NCBI GenBank assembly: GCA_040220235.1
Contig: JAVJTO010000034.1
Source of the DNA: Coleofasciculus sp. B1-GNL1-01
GTDB taxonomy: Bacteria; Cyanobacteriota; Cyanobacteriia; Cyanobacteriales; Coleofasciculaceae
Strand: one strand, 5' to 3'
Length of the DNA stretch: 64,000 nt
Positions 31,887 through 42,100 of the stretch are shown piece by piece; the first letter of the stretch is position 1; the number at the start of each line of letters is the position of its first letter. The position numbers and the translations under genes are program-made. The notes beneath the pieces were generated by a model that had not been told where the DNA came from, searched no databases, and saw only the letters and a list, made by a program, of their open reading frames with translations.

Positions 31887-32558
31887 CTAAGATGATAATA
31901 ATGAAATTTCTACCTGTAAATTCTGCCTAGCGCGTTCCTCGAATTGATTGAACATCGGATTCGTTAAATAGAGTCGTTCCCGTTGGCAAAAGTTCTGTAA
32001 AATCTGTTTTCGTTTAGGACGATAAATTTGATCGGGAATCCAGGAATATTCTTGTCGAATAGCGTAAGCATAACTATAATAGTCTAACTCGGCTGCACCC
32101 AGAATGGCTAAATCAGCATCTAAGAGAATTTGGCAGTCCAGTTCATTCGCTGAAGCTTGATGAGTTTTAGTCTGCAAAATTAGAGTTTTGATTCGCCTTA
32201 TTGGTGCAATTGGCAGTTTCAATTGGTTTAATGCCAATTCTGCGTAATTAGCGCTTTTTTCTTCATTGTCGTCTGACTTTGGGTCATACAAGATATCGTG
32301 AAACCAAGCCGCGACACGAATGATCGAGAAATCCAGGGTAGTAAGTTGGGGTGCGAGCCTATGTTCACGGATCTCTTCAATTGTTGTTAAAACTTGTTTG
32401 ACATGGTTGAGATTGTGATAGAATCGTTTTGGATTAGAATAAGCAGCAACTAATTCAATAAATACGTTCTGGCTAAGGTGAGGATGAACTTGAAACGGTT
32501 TCATCGCTCTATCCCATTGAGATTTTAAAGCATGAATTGAGCCAGTAAAATGCTGCAT
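31887..32558 (-). CDS. HD-domain metal-dependent phosphohydrolase
   Basis: RFYHNLNH, WFHDILYDP, NEEKSA, LDADLAILG. Confidence 0.88.
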   Translation of the reverse strand: MQHFTGSIHALKSQWDRAMKPFQVHPHLSQNVFIELVAAYSNPKRFYHNLNHVKQVLTTIEEIREHRLAPQLTTLDFSIIRVAAWFHDILYDPKSDDNEEKSANYAELALNQLKLPIAPIRRIKTLILQTKTHQASANELDCQILLDADLAILGAAELDYYSYAYAIRQEYSWIPDQIYRPKRKQILQNFCQRERLYLTNPMFNQFEERARQNLQVEISLLSS

Positions 32559-32604
32559 AAATAGTGTTACTCTAACTTTTTAGACCAGAAGCACAGGAGT
32601 TACG

Positions 32605-32706
32605 ATGAACAGATATCTGGATCAAATCTTGAAGCGGCGTCGCTGGTTACTGCTGAGTCTGTTTGTCGCTTTAGCTATCCTCACCTATTTTAGTCAACAC
32701 GTTTAA
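32605..32706 (+). CDS. Candidate 33-aa single-TM small protein (below the ORF-track cutoff)
   Basis: AGGAG 5 nt before ATG; MNRYLDQILKRRRWLLLSLFVALAILTYFSQHV*. Confidence 0.55.
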   Translation: MNRYLDQILKRRRWLLLSLFVALAILTYFSQHV

Positions 32707-32812
32707 CAGAACTATTTCCTTTGTCTCTCTTGTCCCTTCTCAGAACGACTTGGACAATGTAAGGGATGCACCCATTCCCTATTTTATTGCCTATTGCCGT
32801 GACCACTACTTA

Positions 32813-33514
32813 TCAAGTTTGACGCTTCCGCAGAGAAGTTCTACCCAAAACAGCCATTACCAGGAGACCTAACACTGAAGTAGGTTCAGGAACAGGTTGA
32901 GGATCTGAGGATTCAAACTGATGGGGGATCTGATCATTCGCTAGAGTTTCTGATTCCAACGCTAGAGTTTCAGATTCCAAGCGGCGAGCAACCTCAAAAT
33001 TCGCTCCAGTTTCCGGCTTGGTGGCTAGAAGAGTGCTGAAGAGTAATTCTCCCTGTTGCAGATTCGCTGTTGATTTTCCTGACCAGAAAAGTGAATCATC
33101 AACTCCAGTCGGTGTCCAGTATGCTAAGACGCTACCGTTAGGATAATTCTCATCTCTACCATATAGAGTTACGCCATTATGACTTCCCGTTGTGTTTTTG
33201 AAGCTAGAAATCCAGGGTGAAGAGTTGGCTAGATCCCCTATCCAATCGGTCAATGGACTGGATGAACCAGAAGGAGCATCTCCAAATACAATCCAACGCC
33301 ATGATTGCTCAGGTTCATAGCTGCCATCATTGTTATCAACGGAAAGCTCAAAGTCATACTTGAACCATCCTTCATCTTCAGCTTCAACCGTATAATCCAA
33401 CCGCAGAGGTGTGGCTTGGACACTAGAAGAAGTAAGACTAACGACTCCCAATGTCATTAAAGTGGCGCTAGCAGTAGCCATCGATAAAGTTTTCAGGACA
33501 GTTGCAGTGAACAT
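32813..33514 (-). CDS. PEP-CTERM sorting domain protein
   Basis: Signal peptide ending VQA; VPEPTSVLGLL + RKR; internal 21-bp duplication (LESETLA x2). Confidence 0.9.
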   Translation of the reverse strand: MFTATVLKTLSMATASATLMTLGVVSLTSSSVQATPLRLDYTVEAEDEGWFKYDFELSVDNNDGSYEPEQSWRWIVFGDAPSGSSSPLTDWIGDLANSSPWISSFKNTTGSHNGVTLYGRDENYPNGSVLAYWTPTGVDDSLFWSGKSTANLQQGELLFSTLLATKPETGANFEVARRLESETLALESETLANDQIPHQFESSDPQPVPEPTSVLGLLVMAVLGRTSLRKRQT

Positions 33515-34096
33515 GGTTGCTGGAAACTAAAGGTTTACAAGGACTCTTGTTGGAAGGGAGCCAGCTTGGGAAAGCTGAACTGGATACAAAATAGATGGCT
33601 TACATCAGATGAACTTTTCTGGCTTTATATACGTCAATATTTGTATTTATCGATTAATTTAATCGTGTCATATACGTAGTTATACCGTCTACTTAAACTA
33701 CACAACTTTGCTAAATCTTTTAAATTTATAGCTAAGCTTGTTGAGTACTTTTGGCGCTGTATTTACTACTGGGAGGTCATTACAGCCGTTTTAACTGCTT
33801 TAATTTTATGATTTTTTCATAAAGACAAAAGCGAAAAAATAAAATTATGAATTTATGAAAAGTTTATGTAATTGATAAAGGCTTTATGAAGACTTAACAC
33901 AACGCTCGTTAGAAAAAAGCCTGGATTTCATTGAGTACTGAAAATCATGAGAACAGGTTCTTCATCAAAACTTGATAAAGTGCAATTATTTTTTATCTGA
34001 AGAAAATTCAAGTGAAGTGAAGCGTTCTATTTTTGGCGCAACGCAGCAGGTCTTGTGGCTGATTTAATGGAAGCAGCAAACCTATTCAACTCATGC

Positions 34097-34870
34097 ATGA
34101 CCCGTTCCTCTATGTATCACCTTGGCTTTGGGCAAGATGACCTCGGTTCACCGCCGCCTACCCTGGCGCTGTTATCCGGTGATCCGCAACGCGCTTCTCA
34201 GATTGCTCAAGACTATTTGCAGGATGGGCGTCTGCTCTCGGACAATCGGGGATTAAAGAGTTATTTGGGCAAATTGTCCAATAATTGCCCGATTTTATCG
34301 GCAACGAGTGGTATGGGCGCACCGTCTCTGAGTATCGTGGTGAATGAGTTGGTGCAATTGGGGATTGAGACAATTATTCGCGTGGGGACTTGTGGCTCGA
34401 TTCAAGAGTATGTCCCAGTGGGTAGTATTGTGATTACTCGTGCGGCATTATGTCGTCAAGGTGCAGCTAATGATATTGCCCCAATTGAATATCCATCGGC
34501 GGCTGATCCGTTTCTGACGGTGGGATTAGTGGAGGCGGCGCGGGAGTTAGAGATTGAGCATTATCTAGGGATTACGGCGTCGGTGGATACGTTTTATGAA
34601 GGGCAAGAACGCACCGATTCGGCGAATCCTTATTTAATCCGTCGGCTTCAAGGTATCACTAAAGAATACCGTCGCTTGAATATTCTTAATTATGAGATGG
34701 AATGTGGCACATTATTTAAAATGGCAGGGGTGTATGGATTTGCCGCCGCTTGTGTCTGTGGAGTTATTGCCCAGCGAACGGCGGGAGAAGGGGTAATTGT
34801 TGGGGAGAAAGAGGTAGCGGTGCAGCGGGCGATCGCGGTAGCCATACGTGCTGCCGAAAACGTTGACTAG
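34097..34870 (+). CDS. udp: Uridine/nucleoside phosphorylase
   Basis: SGDPQRA, GMGAPS, IRVGTCGS, DTFYEGQER, YEME. Confidence 0.88.
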   Translation: MTRSSMYHLGFGQDDLGSPPPTLALLSGDPQRASQIAQDYLQDGRLLSDNRGLKSYLGKLSNNCPILSATSGMGAPSLSIVVNELVQLGIETIIRVGTCGSIQEYVPVGSIVITRAALCRQGAANDIAPIEYPSAADPFLTVGLVEAARELEIEHYLGITASVDTFYEGQERTDSANPYLIRRLQGITKEYRRLNILNYEMECGTLFKMAGVYGFAAACVCGVIAQRTAGEGVIVGEKEVAVQRAIAVAIRAAENVD

Positions 34871-34934
34871 AACAGTTTACATAAACCAGCCAATTGATAG
34901 AGTCGTCGGAGAATTGCCAGAACCTTTTCCCCAT

Positions 34935-35075
34935 ACAGCGCCACATCATCAGGGCGGGCGCGGCGGTTAATCTAAGCAATCGCTTCGGTTAACTCCAATT
35001 CATCGGGTACGTCTAGGACTTGGAATCCTCGCGATCGCAAGTCATCAGCAACTAGATTTCCAATACGAATTAAGT
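34935..35075 (-). pseudogene. Fragment of an amidase paralog of 1749..3107
   Basis: DLRSRGFQVLDVPDELELTEAIA*INRRARPDDVAL vs ELRSRGFEVLSVPDDLSSTESIQWINARYRPGDVAL; Trp position is a TAG stop. Confidence 0.8.
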
Positions 35076-35282
35076 TTGTTTGGGGAATTTTACCATGAGA
35101 TTCGATAACGCCAACGGGTGTTTTCTGGAGACGCGATCGCAGGTTGGCATGACTCAAGCATACTGCCGTTTGAACCGTTGAGGGCGATGCGATGAAATCA
35201 GCAAGAGGTAGCCGTGCCGTCTGCGATCGCTTTTGCCTACACTGGAGAGATTAGTATAATCTCTGGCGGCAAAATTCCCAGG

Positions 35283-37643
35283 ATGTTAAAGACTTTTAAT
35301 CAAACCAAAACCGTTTATCCCTTTTTCCTATTTCTATTTACCTTATTCCTAACGCTCTGGCTTGCCCTTCCTTGGGTTAGCGCTCAAGAACCGTCCAAGC
35401 CTAAGCCGCAACCCTGGCATATTGATGGGATAATCGCTGCCCTCAACGATGGGCATGACAAAGTTAAAGACTATGCATTCTGGCAATTAGTTCGATATGA
35501 GCCACAGGAGTTACAAGCTGTCATTGAAAAACCAGAGGATGAGGATATTGCTGAGAAAGCTGCCAACATCCTTCAGAATAAAACCGTTGATTCACACATT
35601 CGTCACCTGATGGTTTATGCATTAGTCAATCTGGGGAAAGCGGGTGTCAACTATATCCCTGATATGCTCAACTTTCTCCAGGATGAAACCGTTGACTTAT
35701 GGGTTCGTCGTTCGGCGGCTGATGCATTAGTCAATCTGGGGGAAGCGGGAGTCAACTATATCCCTGATATGCTCAACTTTCTCCAGGATGAAACCATTGA
35801 CGGGTGGGTTCGTGGCTCGGCGGCTGATGCATTAGTTAGACTCGGAGAAGCGGGCGCTATATACGCTCCTGAGATTGCCAACATCGTTCAGGATGAAACC
35901 GTTGACGGGTGGGTTCGTGGCTGGGCGGCTGATGTATTAGGCAATCTGGGGGAAGCTGGGACTATATATGCTCCTGAGATTGCCAACATCCTCAAAGATA
36001 AAACTGCTGATTCAGGAGTTCGTAGTCGGGCGGCTAATGCATTAGTCAGACTGGGAGAAGCTGGGGTTGTATACATCCCGGAAATTCTTAACTTCCTCCA
36101 GGATGAAACCGTTGATTCACTATATCATAGCTCAACGACTTATGCCTTGGCTTATGCCTTGGCTTATGCATTAAGAAATATGGGAGAAGCTGGGCTGGCA
36201 TACATCCCTAAGATTTTCAACGTCATCAAGGATGAAACAGTTGATTCACGAGTTCGTAGCGGGGCGGTTGAGAAATTAGGTAAACTGGGCGAGACTGGGG
36301 CTGTATACATCCCAGAGATTCTCAACATCTTCAAGGATGAAACCGTTGATTTACGAGTTCGTGAATCGGCGGCTGATGCATTAAGGGATATGGGGAAAGT
36401 CGGCGCTGCCTACGCTCCTGATATTCTCAACATCTTTAAGGATGAAACCGCTGATGCAAAAGTTCGTGGCTGGGCGGCTGAGGTATTAGGCAAACTGGGA
36501 GAAGCTGGCGCTGCTTACGCCCCTGAATTTGTCAACATTATCCAAGACAAAACCATTGACGCACAACTGCGCGAATCGTCGGCTTATGCATTAGGTGAAC
36601 TGGGAAAATCCGGCGCTGCTTACGCCCCTGATATTGCCCAAATAGTCCAGGATGAGACCGTTAACTTGTGGATTCGTTCTTCGGCAGTTAAGGCATTAGG
36701 TAAACTAGGAAAAGCTGGCGCTGTATATATCCCGGAAATTCTTAACATTATCCAGGATAAAACTGTTGATTCACACATTCGTAAATCGGCGGCTCAGGCA
36801 TTAGGAAATCTGGGGGTAGTTAGCGCTCCATACATCCCGGAAATTCTCAACTTACTCCAGGATGACACCGTTTCTTCAGATTATCGTGGCTCGGCAGTTG
36901 TTGCATTGATCAAACTGGGAGAAGCTAGCACTCCATACATCCCAGAAATTTTCAACTTCCTCCAGGGTGACACCGTTGATCCAAGACTTAGTGGCTTCTT
37001 ACTGGGTGAGATATTAGACAAACTGGGGGAAGATAGCGCTCCATACATCCCAGAAATTTTCAATTTCCTCCAGGATGAAACTATTGATTATGATGTTCGT
37101 CGCTTCTTGGCGGTTGAGGCATTAAGCAAACTGGGGAAAGCTGGCGCTCCATACATCCCGGAAATCCTTAACTTCCTTCAGGATGAAACCGTTGACTCAT
37201 ACATTCGTAACTGGGTAGCTCTTTCATTAATTAATATCCGAAAACTGGAGTTAACTGAAATTGTTTTTATTTTGAATAATGTCTATGAACCTAATCAACC
37301 AGATTTTGAACAATGGCGGTTTGCCACTTATTTATTGAGTGGGGGTGCTGATGAAGTAAAAATGCTGCTGAAATGGTTAGGCTATCCTCAATCAACTCCG
37401 ACATCACTCAACTACGAAGACGGTAAAAAAATATTAGAACTGTTTCTGCAAGTCTGGGACAACGCTCAGGATTTGCCACGACTGCAAACAGACTTAGCCG
37501 AAAAGATAGCCCTAGTTACCTCCCTAGTTTCTTGGAAACCCCAGGATATTGATTTACTGCAACGCCACTACAATAACCTCAAAGCCGGAAACTTCTCTCA
37601 AGCTGATACTTTGGAGTCAGTTATCCTCAACCTGAAAAAATAA
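35283..37643 (+). CDS. Exported or membrane-anchored HEAT-repeat protein (~16 x 35-aa repeats)
   Basis: N-terminal hydrophobic segment ending VSA-Q; 105-bp tandem repeats, consensus ETVDxxVRxxAAxALxxLGEAGAxYIPEILNxLQD. Confidence 0.9.
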   Translation: MLKTFNQTKTVYPFFLFLFTLFLTLWLALPWVSAQEPSKPKPQPWHIDGIIAALNDGHDKVKDYAFWQLVRYEPQELQAVIEKPEDEDIAEKAANILQNKTVDSHIRHLMVYALVNLGKAGVNYIPDMLNFLQDETVDLWVRRSAADALVNLGEAGVNYIPDMLNFLQDETIDGWVRGSAADALVRLGEAGAIYAPEIANIVQDETVDGWVRGWAADVLGNLGEAGTIYAPEIANILKDKTADSGVRSRAANALVRLGEAGVVYIPEILNFLQDETVDSLYHSSTTYALAYALAYALRNMGEAGLAYIPKIFNVIKDETVDSRVRSGAVEKLGKLGETGAVYIPEILNIFKDETVDLRVRESAADALRDMGKVGAAYAPDILNIFKDETADAKVRGWAAEVLGKLGEAGAAYAPEFVNIIQDKTIDAQLRESSAYALGELGKSGAAYAPDIAQIVQDETVNLWIRSSAVKALGKLGKAGAVYIPEILNIIQDKTVDSHIRKSAAQALGNLGVVSAPYIPEILNLLQDDTVSSDYRGSAVVALIKLGEASTPYIPEIFNFLQGDTVDPRLSGFLLGEILDKLGEDSAPYIPEIFNFLQDETIDYDVRRFLAVEALSKLGKAGAPYIPEILNFLQDETVDSYIRNWVALSLINIRKLELTEIVFILNNVYEPNQPDFEQWRFATYLLSGGADEVKMLLKWLGYPQSTPTSLNYEDGKKILELFLQVWDNAQDLPRLQTDLAEKIALVTSLVSWKPQDIDLLQRHYNNLKAGNFSQADTLESVILNLKK

Positions 37644-38084
37644 AATGGGATTCAAACCGTTAAGCTAAAAGCTGACATTTATCTCAAGTTGAGGAACTGT
37701 CTCTTGTCGGTGCTAATATAAATAAAACTTTTAGTTTCGAGGTTTAAGTTTTAATATTGTAAAGACAAGGGGACTTGGGGCGGGCAGAAAACGTCACCGA
37801 TAAATCCTGATTTGACCTGGGTTTGAGGTTGTAGTATTATCCTATTTGAATAGTGTATTTTGGTCATATTGCGGTCAATTTTAAATAAAAAACGCTTCAA
37901 CGCCTGAATTCGGCGTTATTTTATTCGGGCTAGCGTCGGAAAAATTCCCATAATACAAGTATGCTGCATCACCCAATTGTCTGGACTCACTCCGAGGCGG
38001 ATTTGACAAAAAAACCGTTTAATGCGTTTGGTGCCTAGTTGGGGTTTGCTGCAGGGAGTTTCCCGTTTGTGCAGCAAGCCACAC

Positions 38085-38912
38085 TTAGCCGAGCATTTCT
38101 GGGTCAATTCCCAAGGCTTGAAGTTGTTCTGGAGTGAGGGATTGAAGCTGCTGTGCTAACTGCTGTCGTTTCTGTCGCTCTTGTTCTAACTGCTGCAGCG
38201 CTTTCTGCTTCTCTAGTCGCTCCTGTTGGGCTTGTTCTTGTCCGGTTAACAATAAGTTCCCTTGCTCATCCCACCAACGTAGCCAGGATTGTTCTGGCTG
38301 ATTCAAGACAACTCCTCGCCATACCCCTAACTCGACCTGCATCGGTTTAATCGGATAATGTCCCCGTTGATTGGGAGTCATCGGCTCATAATCTGTACCG
38401 ACTAAGTGATACATCTCCAACCTATCGTTGCTGACTTGATAGATGCCATAATAGGGAACTCGCATCACCCGTTCATAGACCCAAAACTTACCGGGTTTGG
38501 TGACGACTCCAGTTTCAGCGCGAGATAAGGGAGTATCATCGCGTTCCTCACTTCCATCTCCAGAGGCAAACTCTAAGACAATAGTCGGTGTAATATATTC
38601 CCGCCACAATACATAAGAGCGACGGATGACTCCATCTAATCGAGGCGGTACATTTGGCACATAAAACCAGTCCGGCGCTTCTGCTCCCTTCTCCGGTGGG
38701 TCAGTCTCGCGCCAGTAAATCCCACAATCTTGTCCAATACAATATTGCCCGTCTGGATGCAGTCGCCGTAAGGTTGAATCAAGGGAATCAGTAAGAATTA
38801 GGCTTTGGGGATGCTCCTGGAAATTTTTCACAAATGTACCATCTGATTCTGGTAACTGGGTGTGGTCAGGAAATTGAGGCGGTAGATTAATCTCCGTTAG
38901 TATTTCAGGCAT
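38085..38912 (-). CDS. Uma2 family protein
   Basis: QLPESDG, APDWFYVP, VLEFASG, WLRWWD, LGIDP. Confidence 0.9.
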   Translation of the reverse strand: MPEILTEINLPPQFPDHTQLPESDGTFVKNFQEHPQSLILTDSLDSTLRRLHPDGQYCIGQDCGIYWRETDPPEKGAEAPDWFYVPNVPPRLDGVIRRSYVLWREYITPTIVLEFASGDGSEERDDTPLSRAETGVVTKPGKFWVYERVMRVPYYGIYQVSNDRLEMYHLVGTDYEPMTPNQRGHYPIKPMQVELGVWRGVVLNQPEQSWLRWWDEQGNLLLTGQEQAQQERLEKQKALQQLEQERQKRQQLAQQLQSLTPEQLQALGIDPEMLG

Positions 38913-39131
38913 AGTCGAATGAGTGTGGCAACAAATAACTGCTCCTATTGTCCCGCATCGATGAGGTTAACCTATTCTGCCCCAGCTTCTCTTAACCGAA
39001 CAGGATTGATCCGACTTCCTCCTCCCTCATCGGGATTTTAGTATAAAATGTTACTCAACTCGTTTCCCCTACTTTCTCCATTAGACGAAAATAAGAGAAT
39101 AGGGACTAAGAAGAAGAACGGGAACGCTTGA

Positions 39132-42100
39132 ATGTACATCTATCGCACCTCTGGGTTTAATGAGAAAGCAGAACGCTATGGAATTCGCGATCGCATCGAT
39201 GATCTGTGTACTCAACTGCAAACTCAACGACTCGATGAAGTGCAATCCCGGTTTGAGCGGGTTTACCCTTACCTGAAGCGCCGCCTCCTCAACCGCCGCC
39301 TGATTGGTCGTATCCTGTATCTGGATCATCAGCAACTGTTGTGCTTCATTGATATCTTTAAACGGGGTGATCACGACTATGAACAGTTTCTGGAATCTCC
39401 CCTTGATTATGGTCGCACCCATTTGGAACCGCAACTCGATCAGCAACAGATTCGCGATTGGTTAACCCAAGCCCAATCTCAGCAACAGGCGGTTGCACCG
39501 TTACCTGAACTCCCGCAACGCTTGCGCCCTTGGCTTGAACCGCCGGGATGGGAACGGGATATTGTCCCAGATGATTGGGTGATCTATGAAAGTGAAGAAT
39601 GGGTGAGACAGTTTACCACGGTTAAAGGGCAAGAGGCGTGGAAAACTTACTATCAGATTATTTCCCAGATTAATACCAATACGTCTACATCTACAGGAAA
39701 TGGCAATGGTAATCGTGCAGCCATCCCAACCGACAGCTTCGCCGAAACCCTGATCGTTTCCCGTGAACCCCAGCTTCCCGAAAATGTCAACCTCTGGAGT
39801 GAAAACAATTGTTACGTCCTCTACAGCCAGATTGAAACCACGGATGCGAGTGTTCGCGGTGTCTTATTTCTCTTAGCCGCCTTTGATCATCCCCCCTCCA
39901 GCGCCGAGATTCGGGACGTGGGAGTGCGAACCACCCTATTCAATGGTGCAAACACCCCCAACCGCTTATCCCAACCCCTAACCATCCACGAATTAACCCC
40001 CTTCGCCCGTCGTTCCTATCCCGCTTACCTCTTAGCCGATGACGAAAGTTGGTTGGCGATTGAACGGGGGAGAGAAGCAAATCTCGCCCTTTCCCCAGAA
40101 GAAGAGGAGATTCTGCAATCGGTGTCTTGTCCTACCCTCGAAACCGATTCACTTCCCCTATTTATTAATGGACGGGCGGGTAGTGGCAAGTCCACGATGC
40201 TAATTTATCTGTTTGCCGACTACTGCTACCGTAAATACTACACCCACCAAGGACATCGCCGTCCCGAACCGCTTCCGGGTAAACCCCTGTTTCTCACCTA
40301 CAATGAACGGTTATTAGACATTGCCCGAGATGGAGTCAACCGACTCCTGCGTTCCCATCACCGCTTTGTCGCTGAACGCAGTCCCGGTGATGACATTCCC
40401 AATTGCGATCGCTATTTTCAACCTTTTGGTAAATTTCTGTTAAGCTTACTCCCCCCCCAGGAACGACAACGGTTTAATCCAGACCACTATATTTCTTTCC
40501 ATCGATTCAAACAACTGTATCAGGGAACCTGTGCCGAACCCGCCCTAGCCAAACTGATTCTGCATCTTCCCCAATCCCGCCGCTATTCTCCAGAAATTTG
40601 TTGGCATATTATCCGCAGTTTTATTAAAGGCTACGGTCAATCAGACTACATGACGCCGGAAGACTATCAAGAGGAAGTTCCCCGCAAAGAACGCACGATT
40701 GATGTAGAGAAATTCCAGGGAATCTATGACACGATTTGGCAACACTGGTATAAACATCTGACGACGGAACTGGGTTACTGGGATGACCAAGATTTAATTG
40801 CTAGAGTTTTGGAATTGAAGTGTTATCATCCTCACTATACCGCCATATTCTGTGATGAAGCTCAAGACTTTACTCGCCTAGAGTTACAGCTTATTATGCG
40901 GCTGTCGCTGTTTTCCCAATACCATTTGGGATATCAACCGATTCCGAGTTTACCCTTTGCCTTTGCCGGTGATCCGTTTCAAACTTTAAACCCAACTGGA
41001 TTCCATTGGTCTAGCACCCAAGCGGCTTTTGATGCGGAAGTGATTACCGCCCTTGATCCGGCGGATCAATTAAAGTTGACGGTTAATTTTCAGGAACTAT
41101 CTTATAATTATCGGTCTAGTCTATCTATTGTTCAATTCACCAATTTAATTCAGCTTTGGCGTCACGTTCTCTTTGACATTCCCGAACTCCAACCCCAAAC
41201 CGCATGGCATCCAGGTGATTTCCCTGAACCGCAACTGTTTATTCTCAATCAAAGTATTAGTGCGGAGGAATTAATCACCTATATCAAAGATACGATTATC
41301 ATTGTTCCCTGTGAGGAAGGGGAGGAATTGGCGTATGCCCAAGCTGATCAAGTATTATCTCAGATTTTTCCTCAGTTGGATCAGAGGGAACAGGGAACAC
41401 CTCGGCTTACCTCGACTCCGCTCGGTAACACGCTCGGTGTGTCACAGGGAACAGAGGAGATGAGGGAATTAACTCCACACTCCACACTATCCCCAGAACC
41501 GCTAAAAAATGTTTTAAGCGCAATTTCCGCCAAAGGATTGGAATTTAAACGGGTAATTTTGTATAAATTTGGTGAAGAGTGTAGCGATAATGTCTGGAAT
41601 TTACAAGGCGTTGACCAAAAAGTTAAGGTTGAATACTTTTTCAATAAACTCTATGTCGCCGCTAGTCGGGCAACGGATTATTTATTTATCGTCGATTCAG
41701 ACACAGGAAACCGTCAACTGTGGAACTATGCCAGTGATGAAGCCTTGTTACAGGCAATGCTAGGCTACGCTAAATACAAAAACCGTTGGCAAGATAATGT
41801 GAAAACCCTAGCACCGGGTATGCCAAATATGGTAGAGACAATGCGTGAAGATGACCCGGGTGCGATCGCGCAAGAATTTCAGCTTAAAGGTTTACATGCA
41901 GAAAATCCCAGTTTACTACGCCGAGCCAAACAATTCTATCGGGATTTAGGGGATATCACTCAAGCCAACTCTTGTCAGGCGTGGGCGCTGAAGTTTGAAC
42001 GGCAGTATCGAGACGCGGGTCATTGTTTCCTGGAGTTGGGAGAATCGGATCAGGCGTGGGATTGCTTCTGGCAAGGGCTGTGCTGGTCGGAATTAGTCGC

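Noticed and set aside
35580..37240. HEAT-repeat variability as a DGR target
   Set aside because: No non-coding template repeat; the variation is not adenine-specific by inspection.
37890..38085. Possible gene fragment (MLHHPIVWTHSEADL...)
   Set aside because: Interrupted by stops, and I cannot assign a family.
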